From Tetramitus jugosus (taxonomy: Eukaryota > Protista > Heterolobosea), in the NCBI GenBank assembly GCA_937625935.1, contig OW569368.1, forward strand, positions 62,001 to 126,000: DNA of 64,000 nucleotides, read 5' to 3'. The notes under the pieces were generated by a model, which made no database searches, was not told the DNA's origin, and saw nothing but the letters and a program-made list of their open reading frames with translations. The translations under genes were made by a program, and so were the position numbers. Of the stretch, positions 36,372 through 49,386 are shown piece after piece. Within the stretch, counting starts at the first letter, position 1. Each line of letters opens with the position of its first letter.

Positions 36372-37349
36372 ATGTTAAACTTGCTCAGCAGTAATTACGC
36401 AAAATCTGCTCTCAAAAAAAAGGATTACCAAAGAAGTACAGCTCAGAGCTTACACAAGCATTCTCAGTCCACTTTGGGAAATGGAGATATTTCTCAAGCT
36501 GTTAGGCTGCCAAAGAATGAACAATTAAATGAATGGTTGGCTGTTCATGTCGTTGATTTCTACAATTGTATCCTCTTAATTTATGATCAAGTCAATGCAT
36601 GTATGTACATTTATAGTTTACTCTTTTTACTATATAGTGCACACACATCCTCCTTAGTTGTGGTGATGATGATTTGTTTGGTACAATGTGAAAAATGTTC
36701 ATTGTTCATTGACGTTGTTGTTTGTGTATTGTGTCATTCGTCGTTGTGTGTCTGTTGTGCGTGTGTGTTGTGTTAGGCACTGATCTCAATTGCCCAAAGA
36801 TGACTGCTGGTAAAATGTTTGAATATTTGTATAGATGCGATTTGGATGGAAAGACTGGTAAGAAGGACAAGAAACAAAAACCAGAGGATCTACCTGCTCC
36901 ACAGTACATTAGAAGATCATTTGATTGGATGAGAGAAGTGTTGGACAATGAGACCATATTTCCAACAGATGCCGAAGTTCCCTTCCCAAAGAACTTTGCA
37001 AAAGTTGTGTCGTCCATCTTCAAAAAGGTGTCAAGAATATACGCTCATTTGATGTACGATCACTTCAAGCAAATTACAGCATTGGGATTGGAAGCTCATG
37101 TGAATTCGAGCTTGAAACACTTTTTATATTTTGTTATTGAGTTCCAATTGATGAAGAAGAGCGATTTGGAACCGTTTGAAGATTTTACAAAGGTATGTCC
37201 GTCGCAACCTGTTTTTTTTTGCTGCACGTGCTTGTCCAAAAAAATACAAGATTTTATGGCAGCATTGTGCATTATGTGCCGGTAAACTAACACCATTATG
37301 ACTGTAGAACCGACTAAGTGTTGAAGACTGGAATCGTCTCAAGAAATAA
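36372..37349 (+). CDS. MOB1: MOB kinase activator (Mob1 family), 3 exons
   Basis: TLGNGDISQAVRLP..EQLNEWLAVHVVDFYN, CPKMTAG, LPAPQYI and PFPKNF...RIYAHL. GT-AG introns; stop TAA at 37347-37349. Confidence 0.92.
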
Positions 37350-37891
37350 TTGTCAATTGTTGCACCGACAATTATTGTGGACTTAAAGTAGACGCGTACA
37401 CGTCTTTTTATGCATTGTCCCAATATAAAAACGAACTGTAAATCATTGACAATGGAATCGATTTGGTAAATCTGTAGATAAATATCTCTATTCCCTTGAC
37501 ATCGTATCGCAAATTGACGAGAACTCTACCCGCACGTCAATACTCAATTTCGTCATAAACGCGTCTCCACTTGTCAAAAGTCGTTTTATTGAGCCGATTT
37601 TACCTCTTGACAGGTTCAATTCTGATTATTATGGAAGGCCCAAAGTAGGTTCGAATTCCCGAACCAGCACATATTGACAAAAGAATCAACAGCAACCCCA
37701 ATGTCTGAACACATCGCGTCTTGAAAAACAGCAACCTCAGCTTATTTCAGTCCAAAACACAACCATATTGATCATCAAAAGAGACAGTCAAACCCTCTCC
37801 CAAGGAATACGATTTCTCACTATTCAAACAAAACGAACTCAAAGAAAAATTGCCACCGCACCTAAAAGGTCTCTCGCTGTGAAAATCATCA

Positions 37892-39754
37892 ATGATGGGG
37901 TACGATCAGCTTTTCTCTTCGCTATTGTTCAACAACAACAGCAATAACAGCAACAACAGCAACAATAACAACAGTAGTAACAACATTACACCCTCATCAT
38001 CATCATCAGCACCACAAATTCCAACAATTGCTCTCCAAAATTTCTTCCATTTGAATAACCAACATACGCTCCAACACTTCCATCCCCAGCATCATCCTCA
38101 TCATCCTCATCCTCATCATGATCAAGACCTCACTGATTTCAACCATGTGGACACAACGGCCTTACTTTCTTCACTAGCACCCACAACTACTCCATCACCT
38201 TCCCAACAACAACATCAACAACAACAACAAGAAAACATGTCACTTCTCATGCAACAACAACATGAACCACTTCATCATCATCATCAACAGCTCTTCCATG
38301 ACCACATGCAGCATCCGACACCACTGACATCACCACCCACTCTTCCACTACTACCTCAAGACCACTCAACAACAACAGTTTCTTCACCTCCACAATTTCA
38401 TTATCAGCCCAATTATTTTTGGTCTTCTCCTTCCTTGTCATCCGTTCTTACACCGACACCAACCAACACCAATATCACTCAGAGTAATGATCACCAGAAC
38501 ATGAAGCAGCAACAGCAGCAGCAACAACATTATCCCATCCAGTCCACTGGTGCCCACGAATCCGTCGCTCGATTGATAATAAGTCCGAAAGGGTTTATTT
38601 CTCCGCAATTGAACTTGCCGCCAAGACAACAAACATTTCCGACAAAGACGTTGTTGTCATCGTCGTCACCACACATGTCGCAGAATGAACAATGCATGCA
38701 ACCATCAACAACAACAACAAGTCATGACTTGAAGAATGATAAAAAGAGACAATTTTCATCATCATGTTCTCTTCAGAGTTCAGAGAGTGATCTTTCAACA
38801 ACGACAACGACAACAACAACAACAGAAGAAGAAGAGGAAGAAGAATATCAAAATATGAAAAGGAGGCGAATATCAGATGATGACACTGTGAATGATGAAA
38901 AATCATTTCGAACCACACAACAACAACAACAACAACAACACTTGGTGAATAATATGAATAAGAAGAAGAATAATGAACAACAACTAACACCACCACCTTT
39001 ATCGTCATCCTATTTATCATACAATAGTTATCAATGGCTCATTAAACAAGAGTCAATGGAAGATTTATTAAAAGAGGCCTTCTCGCGCATCAATGTACCC
39101 TATACTGAACCGAGGGTATTTTCATGGATGGATCGACCGTTGCCATCCGATGAAGTCATTAATCAAATTTTATCGCGTGATGATACTGAGATTTGGATGA
39201 GTGAACAACGACAACAACAACAAGTACAACAACAACAGGTGCAACAACAGCAGCAGCAACAGCAGCAGAAACCTCAACAATCTCATCAACCTTCTCAACA
39301 CATGGTACAACAACAAGTACAACAACAGCAGCAACAGCAGCAGAATTATTCAGCTTCATTTTCTCAAAATGTTCACATGAATCATGTGGGTCATGTTGTG
39401 GTGAAACAGCAGCAACCACAACAACGGAACAGTAGTGCGGAATCGATTGTGACGAGTCAACCTCAGCAGCAGCAACAGCAACAAATGCATCTTCAAAATC
39501 AAACGATACAGGGAAGGCAAGTCATCACGAATGCAAGTCATACGAGTCCGTATCATCATGGAAATGCTTCCATGATGAATCCAGTGATGAGTGGTGGTGG
39601 TGGTGGTGGTGGTGGTGGATTCATGGTTTCATCACCACCAATACAATCACAACCATCGAGACATCCACATTCGCAACCACAACCACAGTTGCAACGGCAA
39701 ACACAACACAATCCATCAGGTTCACAGGGTCTTAGGTTTGTGAATCTGTTATGA
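37892..39754 (+). CDS. Q/N/H/S-rich low-complexity protein
   Basis: 620-aa ORF dominated by CAA/CAG/AAC repeats, with a small ordered segment (YQWLIKQESMEDLLKEAFSRINVPY...WMDRPLP) and a KRRR NLS-like motif. Confidence 0.7.
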   Translation: MMGYDQLFSSLLFNNNSNNSNNSNNNNSSNNITPSSSSSAPQIPTIALQNFFHLNNQHTLQHFHPQHHPHHPHPHHDQDLTDFNHVDTTALLSSLAPTTTPSPSQQQHQQQQQENMSLLMQQQHEPLHHHHQQLFHDHMQHPTPLTSPPTLPLLPQDHSTTTVSSPPQFHYQPNYFWSSPSLSSVLTPTPTNTNITQSNDHQNMKQQQQQQQHYPIQSTGAHESVARLIISPKGFISPQLNLPPRQQTFPTKTLLSSSSPHMSQNEQCMQPSTTTTSHDLKNDKKRQFSSSCSLQSSESDLSTTTTTTTTTEEEEEEEYQNMKRRRISDDDTVNDEKSFRTTQQQQQQQHLVNNMNKKKNNEQQLTPPPLSSSYLSYNSYQWLIKQESMEDLLKEAFSRINVPYTEPRVFSWMDRPLPSDEVINQILSRDDTEIWMSEQRQQQQVQQQQVQQQQQQQQQKPQQSHQPSQHMVQQQVQQQQQQQQNYSASFSQNVHMNHVGHVVVKQQQPQQRNSSAESIVTSQPQQQQQQQMHLQNQTIQGRQVITNASHTSPYHHGNASMMNPVMSGGGGGGGGGFMVSSPPIQSQPSRHPHSQPQPQLQRQTQHNPSGSQGLRFVNLL

Positions 39755-39851
39755 AAAACAGAGCCTCCTTAAGAATTGTTTTTAGGATAAATAAATAATT
39801 CTCGAGAGTATTTATTCGTATGGATCATGTGTTTGATGCTGTCGTGTTCGT

Positions 39852-42800
39852 TCAGTGCTTGCCATACTTGTGCAGAATGCGTTGAATTTGTTCCATTGTG
39901 AACGGTTTTGTGACAATCTCGTTCATACCCACAGTCACGCACAATTCCTTGGATTCATGACTCGCATCAGCAGTCAGTGCGACAATGGGAACAGAGCTAT
40001 TGAATTTGCGAATGAACCGTGTGGCGTCGTATCCGTCCATCTCTGGCATATTCAAATCCATTAGTATGACGTCATAATCCGCGCAAGCATCAGGTAAATA
40101 ATGTCTCTCCATGTAATTCTGACATGCAATCTTTCCATTGCTTGCCGTGTCAATGTTTTCTGCTCGTAGACCACAGTGGATCAACATCCGAGTGATAATC
40201 TTTGTATTGACGAGATTGTCTTCGACGAGCAGCACTCTTGTATTGGCAATATTCGCATTGAACGAGAGTCGAATCTGATCTTTGCTTCTGCTTGCTGAGG
40301 ATTCTGTGCTCGAAAGAGTTGCTGCTCTCTCAAAAACAGCAGTAAAGTAGAATGTCGATCCATGACCTGGTCCCTGACTCGAAACAAAGATGTGACCGTG
40401 CATCAGCTCAGTGAGAGATTTGCTGATAGCTAAACCAAGTCCTGTTCCACCTTGTGAACGAGTCAACTGAGAGAACCTCTTGAATAACTCACCAAACTTA
40501 TCCTGTGGAATACCCATGCCAGAGTCTTCAACAATGAACAAAATTCTAGTCTGTTTTGTCTCATCAATTGGGTTCGCTTCAATTTCGTGAGCCAAGTTGT
40601 CTCTCAAGGATGGATCGAGATGTACCGGTATGTTATCAACGAGTGCTTCCGAAATATACACGTTGACAAATCCCGTGTCAGTAAACTTGATTGCATTGTT
40701 TGTTAGATTGATCAATACTTGGATTAAGCGTGTCATATCTCCCACGAGACTCGTTGGAGTATCCGGGTGCAAATTGACAGAGTATGATAGATTCTTTGCC
40801 TTGGCGATCGTGTCCAATATGGACTTTTTGAGTGTGTAAATGACTTGTTGCAGATCAAATTGACTATGATCTAATTCAAATGTCTCATGTTCAATCTTTG
40901 ATAGATCCAGTAAATCAGATATGATTGTTCTCAACAGATCAGAGGAACTTCGAATCGTTTGAACTAGTTCAATCTCTTCGGAGTTCAATCGACCAGATAA
41001 CAGCAAAACTTCTGCCAATGCACTGATAGCGAATGCAGGTGTACGAATCTATATAAATCAGTCATAAAAGATGTGTTAGTGGCAATTCATAAATCATAAT
41101 TTGAAATCTCGTGAAATGAGTCAAAGAACTGTCATACCTCATGACTAATCGTGTTGACAAATGAGCTCTTGGCTTTTGATGATGCTTCGGCTCTCTCCTT
41201 TGCCACCTCCAACTCCTTTTGTACGACCTTTGTTTGCGTAATGTCGTGCAGAACGAGATTGGCACATTCAATTTCATTCGAATCTCCAATACGAGGAAAG
41301 CTCGCTCCCATGATCACATCTCTCTTCTCACCACTCTTTGTAATCATTTGAAACTCCACGTTCTGCACATGTCGAACATGATCCTTGAGTGACTTGACAA
41401 AGAATTCGGAACCTTGCTTGTCCAATAGCTTAAACACGTGATGACCTACGAGCTCGTCCGATGAATAGCCCGTTGTTTGTATCGTTGAATGATTGACATT
41501 CAAGATGATACCTTTGGGATTAGTCATGATAAACAATGAAGGTGCATGCATGTACAACTCACGGTACAAGTGCTCTGATCTCACCAAACTCATTTGCTTG
41601 TCATTGAACGCAGCAAACGACGTTACTTTCTTCATGAATCGCACCATGACTCTATTCATGAGAACAATGGCAATCAGCAAGTATGAAACGAAGAGAATTT
41701 GCGTCAAGGAGCACTTCGAGTAGATCATCCCAGATAAAATTCCTGTGTAATTACAAATGACACTACTAAAGAGCGTAAATACATTGGCACTCACAATCTC
41801 GACACTCAAAACTGACATGACAGCGAAGAATATGCCAATGAGAAACACTGGAGTCTCACGACCAAGTAATGTGTACAGTGTAAACACTGAAACCATGACC
41901 CACAGTGACCTAACGAACTCCACAGTCAGAAACAGTGATCCCTCAACGAACAACACACGAGGATTTCTACGAATCAGATCCAATATCACCTCAATCATTC
42001 TATCACTAACCTTCCTCAATTGCTGTCGCATTTTCAGTTGTTTTGTTTGTGTGGATTGCTGCTCTTCTTCATGTTGCTGCAATGCGTGTTTCTCTTGCTG
42101 TTCAGTGCTTGTACTTTGTTCATCCTTGTCTTTCTGTAAATTTTCAGTATTTTGTTGATCGTGTTCTTCGAGCTGCTGTCGCTCCATCTCCTTCAAATGA
42201 TTCTTCCTGTAGTGGTCAATAATGGAGCGCTGCATGTCATCAGCAGGTGAAGGCACTTCATAGATTGGCGTTGTTTTCTGGATTCGTTCAAACTCTGCCG
42301 TCGAAACAACCAACTCTGTCAGAAACAAGTGAACCACCACATAGAGAAACATGTAAGCAAAGCTTGCAATGAGACACCAGTGAAGCACCCATCCATCCAC
42401 ACGCAACCGAATGAACAACAACATGACAAGCTTCACAAGCAAAAGCACGATCTTGATCGAGTACGTATACTCGTTGAGAGAGTAGATGGTGAAGAGATGA
42501 ACAGAGTTTTGAAAGGTGGATTCTTTCAATTTGCTATAGTAGAAGCCGTTGTCCTTGCTAAGAGTGCTCTGGTTATTGTCGTCATTGTCAGTGCTGCTGC
42601 TGTTGTTGTCGGGTTGATTTTTTTGTAATCTTGTGAGCTGTCTCTTGAGCGAATTTTGGGTATCAATGTGATTCTGGTCTAGAACCGTTTTCTTGTCGTT
42701 GTGGGGATCTTTCCGTTTGCTTGTGTCTGCAGTGGAGATTTCTTGAGATGTTGACAGCATATCGTTCATGTTCTTTTGTGGGTGCTGGTTATCGTTTTTG

Positions 42801-42895
42801 TGATTGCTTGTTAGTTCCTTGGGCGAATCAAAGTTTTGATCGTTGATTGGCGAAGGGTTGCGATGGTCGCAAGACTTGTGGCAAAGTTCTGTCAT
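39852..42895 (-). CDS. Hybrid sensor histidine kinase (TM-PAS-HisKA-HATPase-receiver), 2 exons
   Basis: H-box SHE|IRTP across intron 41137-41049. NLTNNAIKFT, DSGMGI and GGTGLGLAIS; receiver VEDN...ILMDLNMPEMDG...ALTA...KP. Confidence 0.93.
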
Positions 42896-43227
42896 GTGTG
42901 TGGGAATGCTTTACCGTTTTGAAAAGTTATATTTTGTCAGAATTCCTATACTCTTATCGGAACGTCACTTTCGGCCGAAGCAAAGTTATTTTCGCGAGAT
43001 GGAGGAATTCCTGGATTGTTTTGGGCATGTATCGCCAAGTTTTTCTCTTCCAGGAGGAGTTCCCTTCTTCAACATAAGGCAGTGAGCATCCCACTAGTGA
43101 TGGCTCATCGAACTGAGACATGAGATATTACTTTGTGGAGGTGGAAATTCTACTGCCGTAGATCCCGCCTTTTTACTGAGGAAAATCATTTGATTCCCCG
43201 AAAGATCTGCGCCAGATCACAAACAAA

Positions 43228-43860
43228 ATGAAACCATCATCTGTGCACTCTTTCACCAACACGACGACCAACAACCTCGGTCAGCAACAACAACAGCAAC
43301 AACTCACTCAAAGCGAAGCATCCAAACTCACAAAATTTATCCAAAAGAAGGATGTGGTCAAATCCATGTTCGAGTCACATCGAACATTCCTCTCACTCAC
43401 TGCCACATTGCTCAGTTGTGCTGCAGCGTGGCTCGGTTATGAAGCCAGACTGAGACATCAAAAGAAGTTGGAAGATCAATTGTTGAGTATCAATGAGGAA
43501 CTGAAGCGTGATTATGATGAAATGGAGAGAGTAAAGTCAATGAGTCGGGCAGTGACAAGGACGGATTATGTGAGTATTGCAAGTTTTACAGTGGCGAGTT
43601 TGGTGATTGGATACACGGTGGGCCGATTTCATGGCAGACGCAGTGCCTTGCGACGAATGGAACAACAGATACAATTGGCGGCAAAAGAAAACACGGAAAC
43701 TTTTACGGCGGCGCCGTCATCGATATCGGAAGCGGCGGGAAAGCAGCGATCCTTTGGACGAATCTTTACAAAGCTTAAGCAGGATACGACATCTGATACT
43801 GCTCCTGTTGTGGATGACAGCAAGACATCCTCTTTGCACAACAAGGCCCGCGAGTATTAA
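43228..43860 (+). CDS. Hypothetical protein with two hydrophobic segments and a coiled coil
   Basis: ATG-initiated 210-aa ORF; no family recognised. Confidence 0.65.
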   Translation: MKPSSVHSFTNTTTNNLGQQQQQQQLTQSEASKLTKFIQKKDVVKSMFESHRTFLSLTATLLSCAAAWLGYEARLRHQKKLEDQLLSINEELKRDYDEMERVKSMSRAVTRTDYVSIASFTVASLVIGYTVGRFHGRRSALRRMEQQIQLAAKENTETFTAAPSSISEAAGKQRSFGRIFTKLKQDTTSDTAPVVDDSKTSSLHNKAREY

Positions 43861-43988
43861 CTGTAGAGTCAGGGGTGTAATTTATCATGGCGTGTGTGTA
43901 AAACAATCAGGTGTAGTATTGGTTTATCCTTGAGTACTTCCTCAGTCTTTTATTCAAGTGCGCCACACATCTATTTGTTTTGTGCTTT

Positions 43989-45448
43989 TTACTTTTGTTC
44001 CAACCGAGCAAACTCCTCAATCAACTTTTCTTGCTCTGGTGTCAATGAACGTGGAATGTTGACCTTGAACACAATGGACAAATTACCAGATTTGGTGGAT
44101 GATTGTTTGATACCCTTCTGCTTCAATACAGTCTTATCACCGTGTTGAGTTCCCTTTGGCACAGGAACCTTCTCCACAGTTCCATCGAGCAGGGTGACAG
44201 TAGTCTCACCACCCAACACTGCCTGGTACAACGGAATTGTGTGCTCCAATTCCAAGTCCAATCCTCTTCGCTTGAATTGAGGATCAGGCAACACATGAAT
44301 CTCCAAGAATAAATCACCAGATGGACCACCCTTGAATCCAGGTTCACCGTAGCCTCTCAATCTCAAGACGGATCCACTTTCGACACCGATTGGGATATTG
44401 ACATCAATCTTCTTGTCTTGCAAACTGTATCCACGTCCATTGCAGCTCTTACAGTCATCTGTAATCTTTCCTGTGCCGCCACAGTTGGAACAAGTTTGTT
44501 GCATGACAAAGAATCCTTGTCTCATCTCAATGCGACCATGACCCTTGCAAGAACGGCAAGTCTTTGGCTTGGATTTTGGATCTTCTCCTGTGCCATTGCA
44601 CGTTCCGCAATTCACAGCCTTCTTCACACCCAATTCTCTCTTTGATCCGAATGCAGCTTCCCGCAATGAGATACGAATCGTCTGTCGTGCATCACCACCC
44701 TGTCTTGGTTGACTACGCAAATCATGCATGTCAGCAAATGGATTTTCACCTCCGGCACCGCCTCCGCCGAACCCTCCGAATCCACCACCAAAGAAATCTC
44801 TAAAGATGTCTTCAGCGTTCATACCACCTGGTCCACCTCCGAATCCACCAAATCCTGCATTTGGATCAGTGCTTCCAGTAGTGTCATACATTTGTCTCTT
44901 ATTGTCATCGGATAGAATTTCATATGCGTTTGTAATCTCTGAGAATCTCTCCTTTGCATCAGGTTCCTTACTAATATCTGGGTGATACTTTTTGGCCATC
45001 TAAGACACCAATCCATCAACAATAACACATCATTTTCGATAATTTCATGTTGTTCAATTAGAAAAATTCACAAAAAAGTGTGTGTGTGTGAGCAAAGGAG
45101 ATCAATCGAGAAAAAGACAAACAACAAACAAATTATTCTCTGGCAAAGACGAGTGCAACATACCTCCTTGTACTTTTTCTTCACTTCTTCTTTACTGGCA
45201 TTCTTGTCCAATCCGAGCACCTTGTACGGATTTTTTTCACTCAAATGGATCGATTGAGAATGGAATGATCTGGATTGAGTAGTGCTCGATTGATGTTGTT
45301 GTTGATGATGATGATGATGTGAACACGATGAATTTATCGAGTGAGAAACACAGCGGAATAGGAGCGGAGTATTATGGCTCACTCTGTTTGTGGCGGGAGA
45401 AGCAGATAGCTTTAATGTTGTTGACAACCTGAGAAATCGACTGGCCAT
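43989..45448 (-). CDS. Mitochondrial type I DnaJ (Mdj1/Tid1-like), 2 exons
   Basis: Presequence, J domain with HPD after intron 45163-45000, G/F region, and four CxxCxGxG repeats. Confidence 0.93.
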
Positions 45449-45907
45449 TGTTGAACGTCTATTGATTATTTGTTTGAAGAAGAAAATTTGTGTGTTTGTT
45501 GTTGTTGTTGTGTGATTTTTTTCATCGTCTCAAACAACAACAGCATTCAAATTTTCACACGGAAGTCTTCTTGTTCTTCCGATGGCGTGGAAATTGTTGG
45601 TTGAACCTTCAGGTAAGGAAATTACATTCGGAATACCATAAGATTGACGAGGTTGATGCGTACTGATGGACAAGTTTCTTTCATCGTTGAAATAACCATT
45701 TGATCAGTGCTCGGTTACAGACAGAAGTATTGCTTAGGATGAGAACTGACAACAAGATCAATTAGCAAAGGGTTCAGCAAAACCATTCATTTCTATCATT
45801 GTTTTCAAACCTTTTCGTGTATTACCCTTGGGAGTTTACGAGTAGGCCATAGTTAGCAAGTATACTCAAAGATATACGAGAATATGAAGGAAACACAATC
45901 CACCACG

Positions 45908-47275
45908 TTAGGAACGCCCTTGAATGTTGTTGTAATTCAGTTCCTCGTTTGCACAGATGATAGTCACATCGCATAACAGTTGCTTCTGACGCAATAAATT
46001 GATGTTGGGGAGTGAAAAGTTCTTGACAACGGCTTGATGTATAATTGTTGTGCAAAAAGTGCCTGTCAATTTAACAAATGTATTTTCATCGAGGTCAACA
46101 CCCTCATCAAACTGTAGTTGTTCGGGTGCAATGCTATCATTGGCAGAATCCACTGCCATCTTATACAATTTGTTTTTCGAACGAGCGTACATCAACACAC
46201 TGCCTGAACCAATTTGATTCACTGGCCATAGTGAGAATAAGGTGGTCACCTTCTCTTCCTCACCAACAGTACCTACGTGAACATATCCAGCAGCATCTAA
46301 AGCCATAAATTGAGTCCAGTCACAGCACACCTCAATCACAGGGATATCTCGACGATAGAGAAATTCTACACATGTATAGTCTTTGCTCAAGCGAGCTGCG
46401 AATAACTTTCCTTTGTCGTCCAATACAACTGAAAATTTTGATCCAGCATCTATCTTCTTGCATGGAAAATTGATTGGATTCCTCTCAAGTGACACTGGAT
46501 GAACGTAGTGCATGACTGATTGGTTTAGGTTCACTTGTGTTCCTGTTGTTGAGCTAACTACTTGGAGCTTTAGATGACCCAAAAAATATACATTCATCGT
46601 GGATAAGTCCTGCATGAGCAGAAAATGAGTTCCACATCCAATTTTGCGTACTTGACTTGTACTACTAGGCATGATCACTGCTTTCGGTATGCATTGTGTC
46701 GTACGTCGATTATCATCGTCAAGTGAATAGGCACTCTGAGTCCCTTTGTTCCAAAATTGTCGAGCAATATTACCACATGTAAACACTTGACCCGTGGTGC
46801 TCAGGAAGGCAGAAAAGTTTCCACCAACCTCTATATACTCTATCTGCTCATCCTTGATGTCACCCTGTATCAACGTGGGATAAATTGCTCGATTGAAATG
46901 ACCGAGTCCTAACTGGCCATCATTGTTACCACCCAGCGCCCAACATCTTCCATTGAACTCCAACAAGAGTACATGTGACACACCACATGCAATTTGCTTG
47001 ATGTGTCTCTGACCTTGAGTCCTCAACCACTGCTCCTCTCCATAGTTTACAGAGTAGCCATCTTCTCTGACTTGAACTTCATGATTCATGGTGTGCCATG
47101 ATGGCAATGACGAAAACGAGATTTCGCGTCCCAACTTTTTTATTATCCTTGTTGTATAAGGATCATCACTCCACAACTCGTCACACACTCTGCCCATTCC
47201 GAGGAGTACTGACGTTCCAGGTACTATACTCCTGGTCAGTGTCTCTTGATTGGCAAGCAACAAAGCAGATGACAT
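45908..47275 (-). CDS. RCC1-like repeat protein
   Basis: IKQIACGVSHVL, GGNNDGQLGLG, VGGNFSAFL and KIDAGSKFS repeats; C-terminal LCDVTI. Confidence 0.8.
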   Translation of the reverse strand: MSSALLLANQETLTRSIVPGTSVLLGMGRVCDELWSDDPYTTRIIKKLGREISFSSLPSWHTMNHEVQVREDGYSVNYGEEQWLRTQGQRHIKQIACGVSHVLLLEFNGRCWALGGNNDGQLGLGHFNRAIYPTLIQGDIKDEQIEYIEVGGNFSAFLSTTGQVFTCGNIARQFWNKGTQSAYSLDDDNRRTTQCIPKAVIMPSSTSQVRKIGCGTHFLLMQDLSTMNVYFLGHLKLQVVSSTTGTQVNLNQSVMHYVHPVSLERNPINFPCKKIDAGSKFSVVLDDKGKLFAARLSKDYTCVEFLYRRDIPVIEVCCDWTQFMALDAAGYVHVGTVGEEEKVTTLFSLWPVNQIGSGSVLMYARSKNKLYKMAVDSANDSIAPEQLQFDEGVDLDENTFVKLTGTFCTTIIHQAVVKNFSLPNINLLRQKQLLCDVTIICANEELNYNNIQGRS

Positions 47276-47362
47276 TTTCTTATGATCCGTTTTTTCCAGG
47301 TTCCGTTCTTTGCTTTTGGCTATTTTTCCGATTGTTAAACAGCAGTTGCGAACAAAGCGAAA

Positions 47363-48378
47363 ATGACAATCAGACAGTCATCAACAACACAAATGATTAT
47401 GAGCAATGACTCTTCGATGAGGCGTCATATCCTCTCCAGTCGTTTTGTAGCTTTGATTACATTATCAATCATTCTTTTTCTGTTTGTTTCTCCTTGCTCG
47501 CTTCATGCTCTCCATGTACATTTGCCACATGATCGTCCCGTTTGCTTTTACGAGATGTTGGATGCTCCAACTCACATTAGGTAAGCTTTCTCCTGAATTT
47601 TGTTTGCGTCAATCATCTCTCCCTGTTTTTTGTTGATTCTTGGTCAACTTCGTTTTACTCATTATTGGGGGGTGCCTTTTCGTGCATGTATTGGTTAATG
47701 ACTGTTGCATTGTATGTCAATTGTGTGTTCAGCGTGACATATAAATTGACAGAGGAGAACTCGAAGAGTGCTGCTAGGTCAATTGAGGGAACAACCGCTC
47801 TCTATGCCTACATTAAGAATCCACATGAAGGTGTCATTTTCGATCGGCATCTTGAAGCTATGGAGGGTGAGTTTGATACGCGAACAGATGGTGCTACGAT
47901 TGGATTTTATGAGATTTGTATAGAAAAGTCAAACAGTGGAGGCTTTCTAGGTGGCTTAACATCAAAGGCACAAAGCACTCAAAAGTTACATGTGGATATT
48001 CACACTGATCGATCCGTTGGTCAAAACAATGATCAGAAACAGTTTGAGTCCAAGGAAAGATTGAGTAACATTGAGCAAAAATTGAAAGAAATGGATGAAA
48101 TCATTGCAGACATTAGCTATGACCAAGTTTCATTTGAAGTAAGTGTGTTGCTGCTGCGATATATTGTTTTTTGACATGTTCATGTATTTATTTGGGTTGG
48201 AGCATTTCTAACAAGAATACACTTATAGAAAAGGGAGAAGAGATTTAGAGTAACTAGTGAGAGTATGTTACATAGAATGTTTGTCTATGGCATTCTTCAA
48301 CTATTGTTGCTTATTGGATTGGCAATCTGGCAAGTGAGTCATTTGAGAGGCTTTTTCATTCAAAGGAAACTGAAATAA
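47363..48378 (+). CDS. p24/TMED (emp24/gp25L) GOLD-domain cargo receptor, 3 exons
   Basis: Signal peptide, CFYE...GFYEIC GOLD cysteines, coiled coil, REERFRVTSES, TM and tail LRGFFIQRKLK*. Confidence 0.88.
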
Positions 48379-48468
48379 GAGATTGGTGATTGATATCATC
48401 TTCTTTATACAAAAATCGAGTGTGAATAGTACTACACTCACAATACTTCAAAATATACAGGCATGTGA

Positions 48469-49386
48469 TCATTTGTTGTTGTCCACTGCAGCGGGTGTGT
48501 TCTCTGCAAAGGCTTGAGTCAATATTGCCGAGGTCATTGGATCAATGTATCTCTCATCTTCCGTATCGAACAAATTGAGAAGTGCACCAATATTTCCCTT
48601 CTCCTTTACATGTGGTTCCTTGTTGAGCAAATAGTACGTACTATTGCTTCTTACGGCACTTCCTGAGTGAATCAAGTCCGATCCTGTTCCGTGTCTGTAG
48701 AAATAGCTATTGAGAGCAGCAGGATTGATACGGGACAATCGGAACTCGTGGATCATGTAGTTTGAAGGCCAACGGTGCATTCCCAGCTCATAAAACCTTC
48801 TCTTCAAGGTAGAGATACTGACACGAAGTTTCTTGGCGGCAGTGCTCTGTGGCAATGGGAAGATACGGATCATGTCTTTCATTGGGATAATAATCTTGTT
48901 CTTCTTGGTCTTTCTCTTCTTCTTTTTCTTCATAACACCTTTGTTTTGGCTCACCATATGGTGGTTGGATTCCGAACCGGCATGATACGGAATGAACTGA
49001 AAGGTATGACTCTTGTTGGCAGGAACTGAACTAACTGTGGTTGATGACTCGTCATGAACCAACACTTGTTTTCTGTCGTAGTTGATCGTTGGCTTCTCTT
49101 CCAGCGATTGAGCGTCCAACAGAAGTGGACTCTCACCAGGAAACAACGGCTCTGAAGGAATGATTTTTGGATGAGGAACAGACATGGTCCACTGCTTGTG
49201 GTCTTGTGAATCGCGGTGAGAAGTTTCCAGTGGCTCTCCTTGCCTGGACATTGAGGCAGGGGAGCAGAGGAATGGCTTGTTGGTTGAAGAGAACCGATGA
49301 TCAGTCATTGGATTTGAGTTGTTGTTATGATTGTCTTGTCCGAGGTTGTATAGTAGAAAATGGGCCATGAAGATGAAAGGAAGCAA
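48469..49386 (-). CDS. RWP-RK domain transcription factor, true start uncertain
   Basis: MIRIFPLPQSTAAKKLRVSISTLKRRFYELGMHRWPS is an RWP-RK domain. Confidence 0.85.
   Translation of the reverse strand: MLPFIFMAHFLLYNLGQDNHNNNSNPMTDHRFSSTNKPFLCSPASMSRQGEPLETSHRDSQDHKQWTMSVPHPKIIPSEPLFPGESPLLLDAQSLEEKPTINYDRKQVLVHDESSTTVSSVPANKSHTFQFIPYHAGSESNHHMVSQNKGVMKKKKKRKTKKNKIIIPMKDMIRIFPLPQSTAAKKLRVSISTLKRRFYELGMHRWPSNYMIHEFRLSRINPAALNSYFYRHGTGSDLIHSGSAVRSNSTYYLLNKEPHVKEKGNIGALLNLFDTEDERYIDPMTSAILTQAFAENTPAAVDNNK

Noticed and set aside
37600-37670. tRNA-like GGTTCGAATTCC and GGTTCAATTC motifs
   Set aside because: No acceptor, D or anticodon arms can be built; GGTTCG/CGAACC is just a local hairpin.
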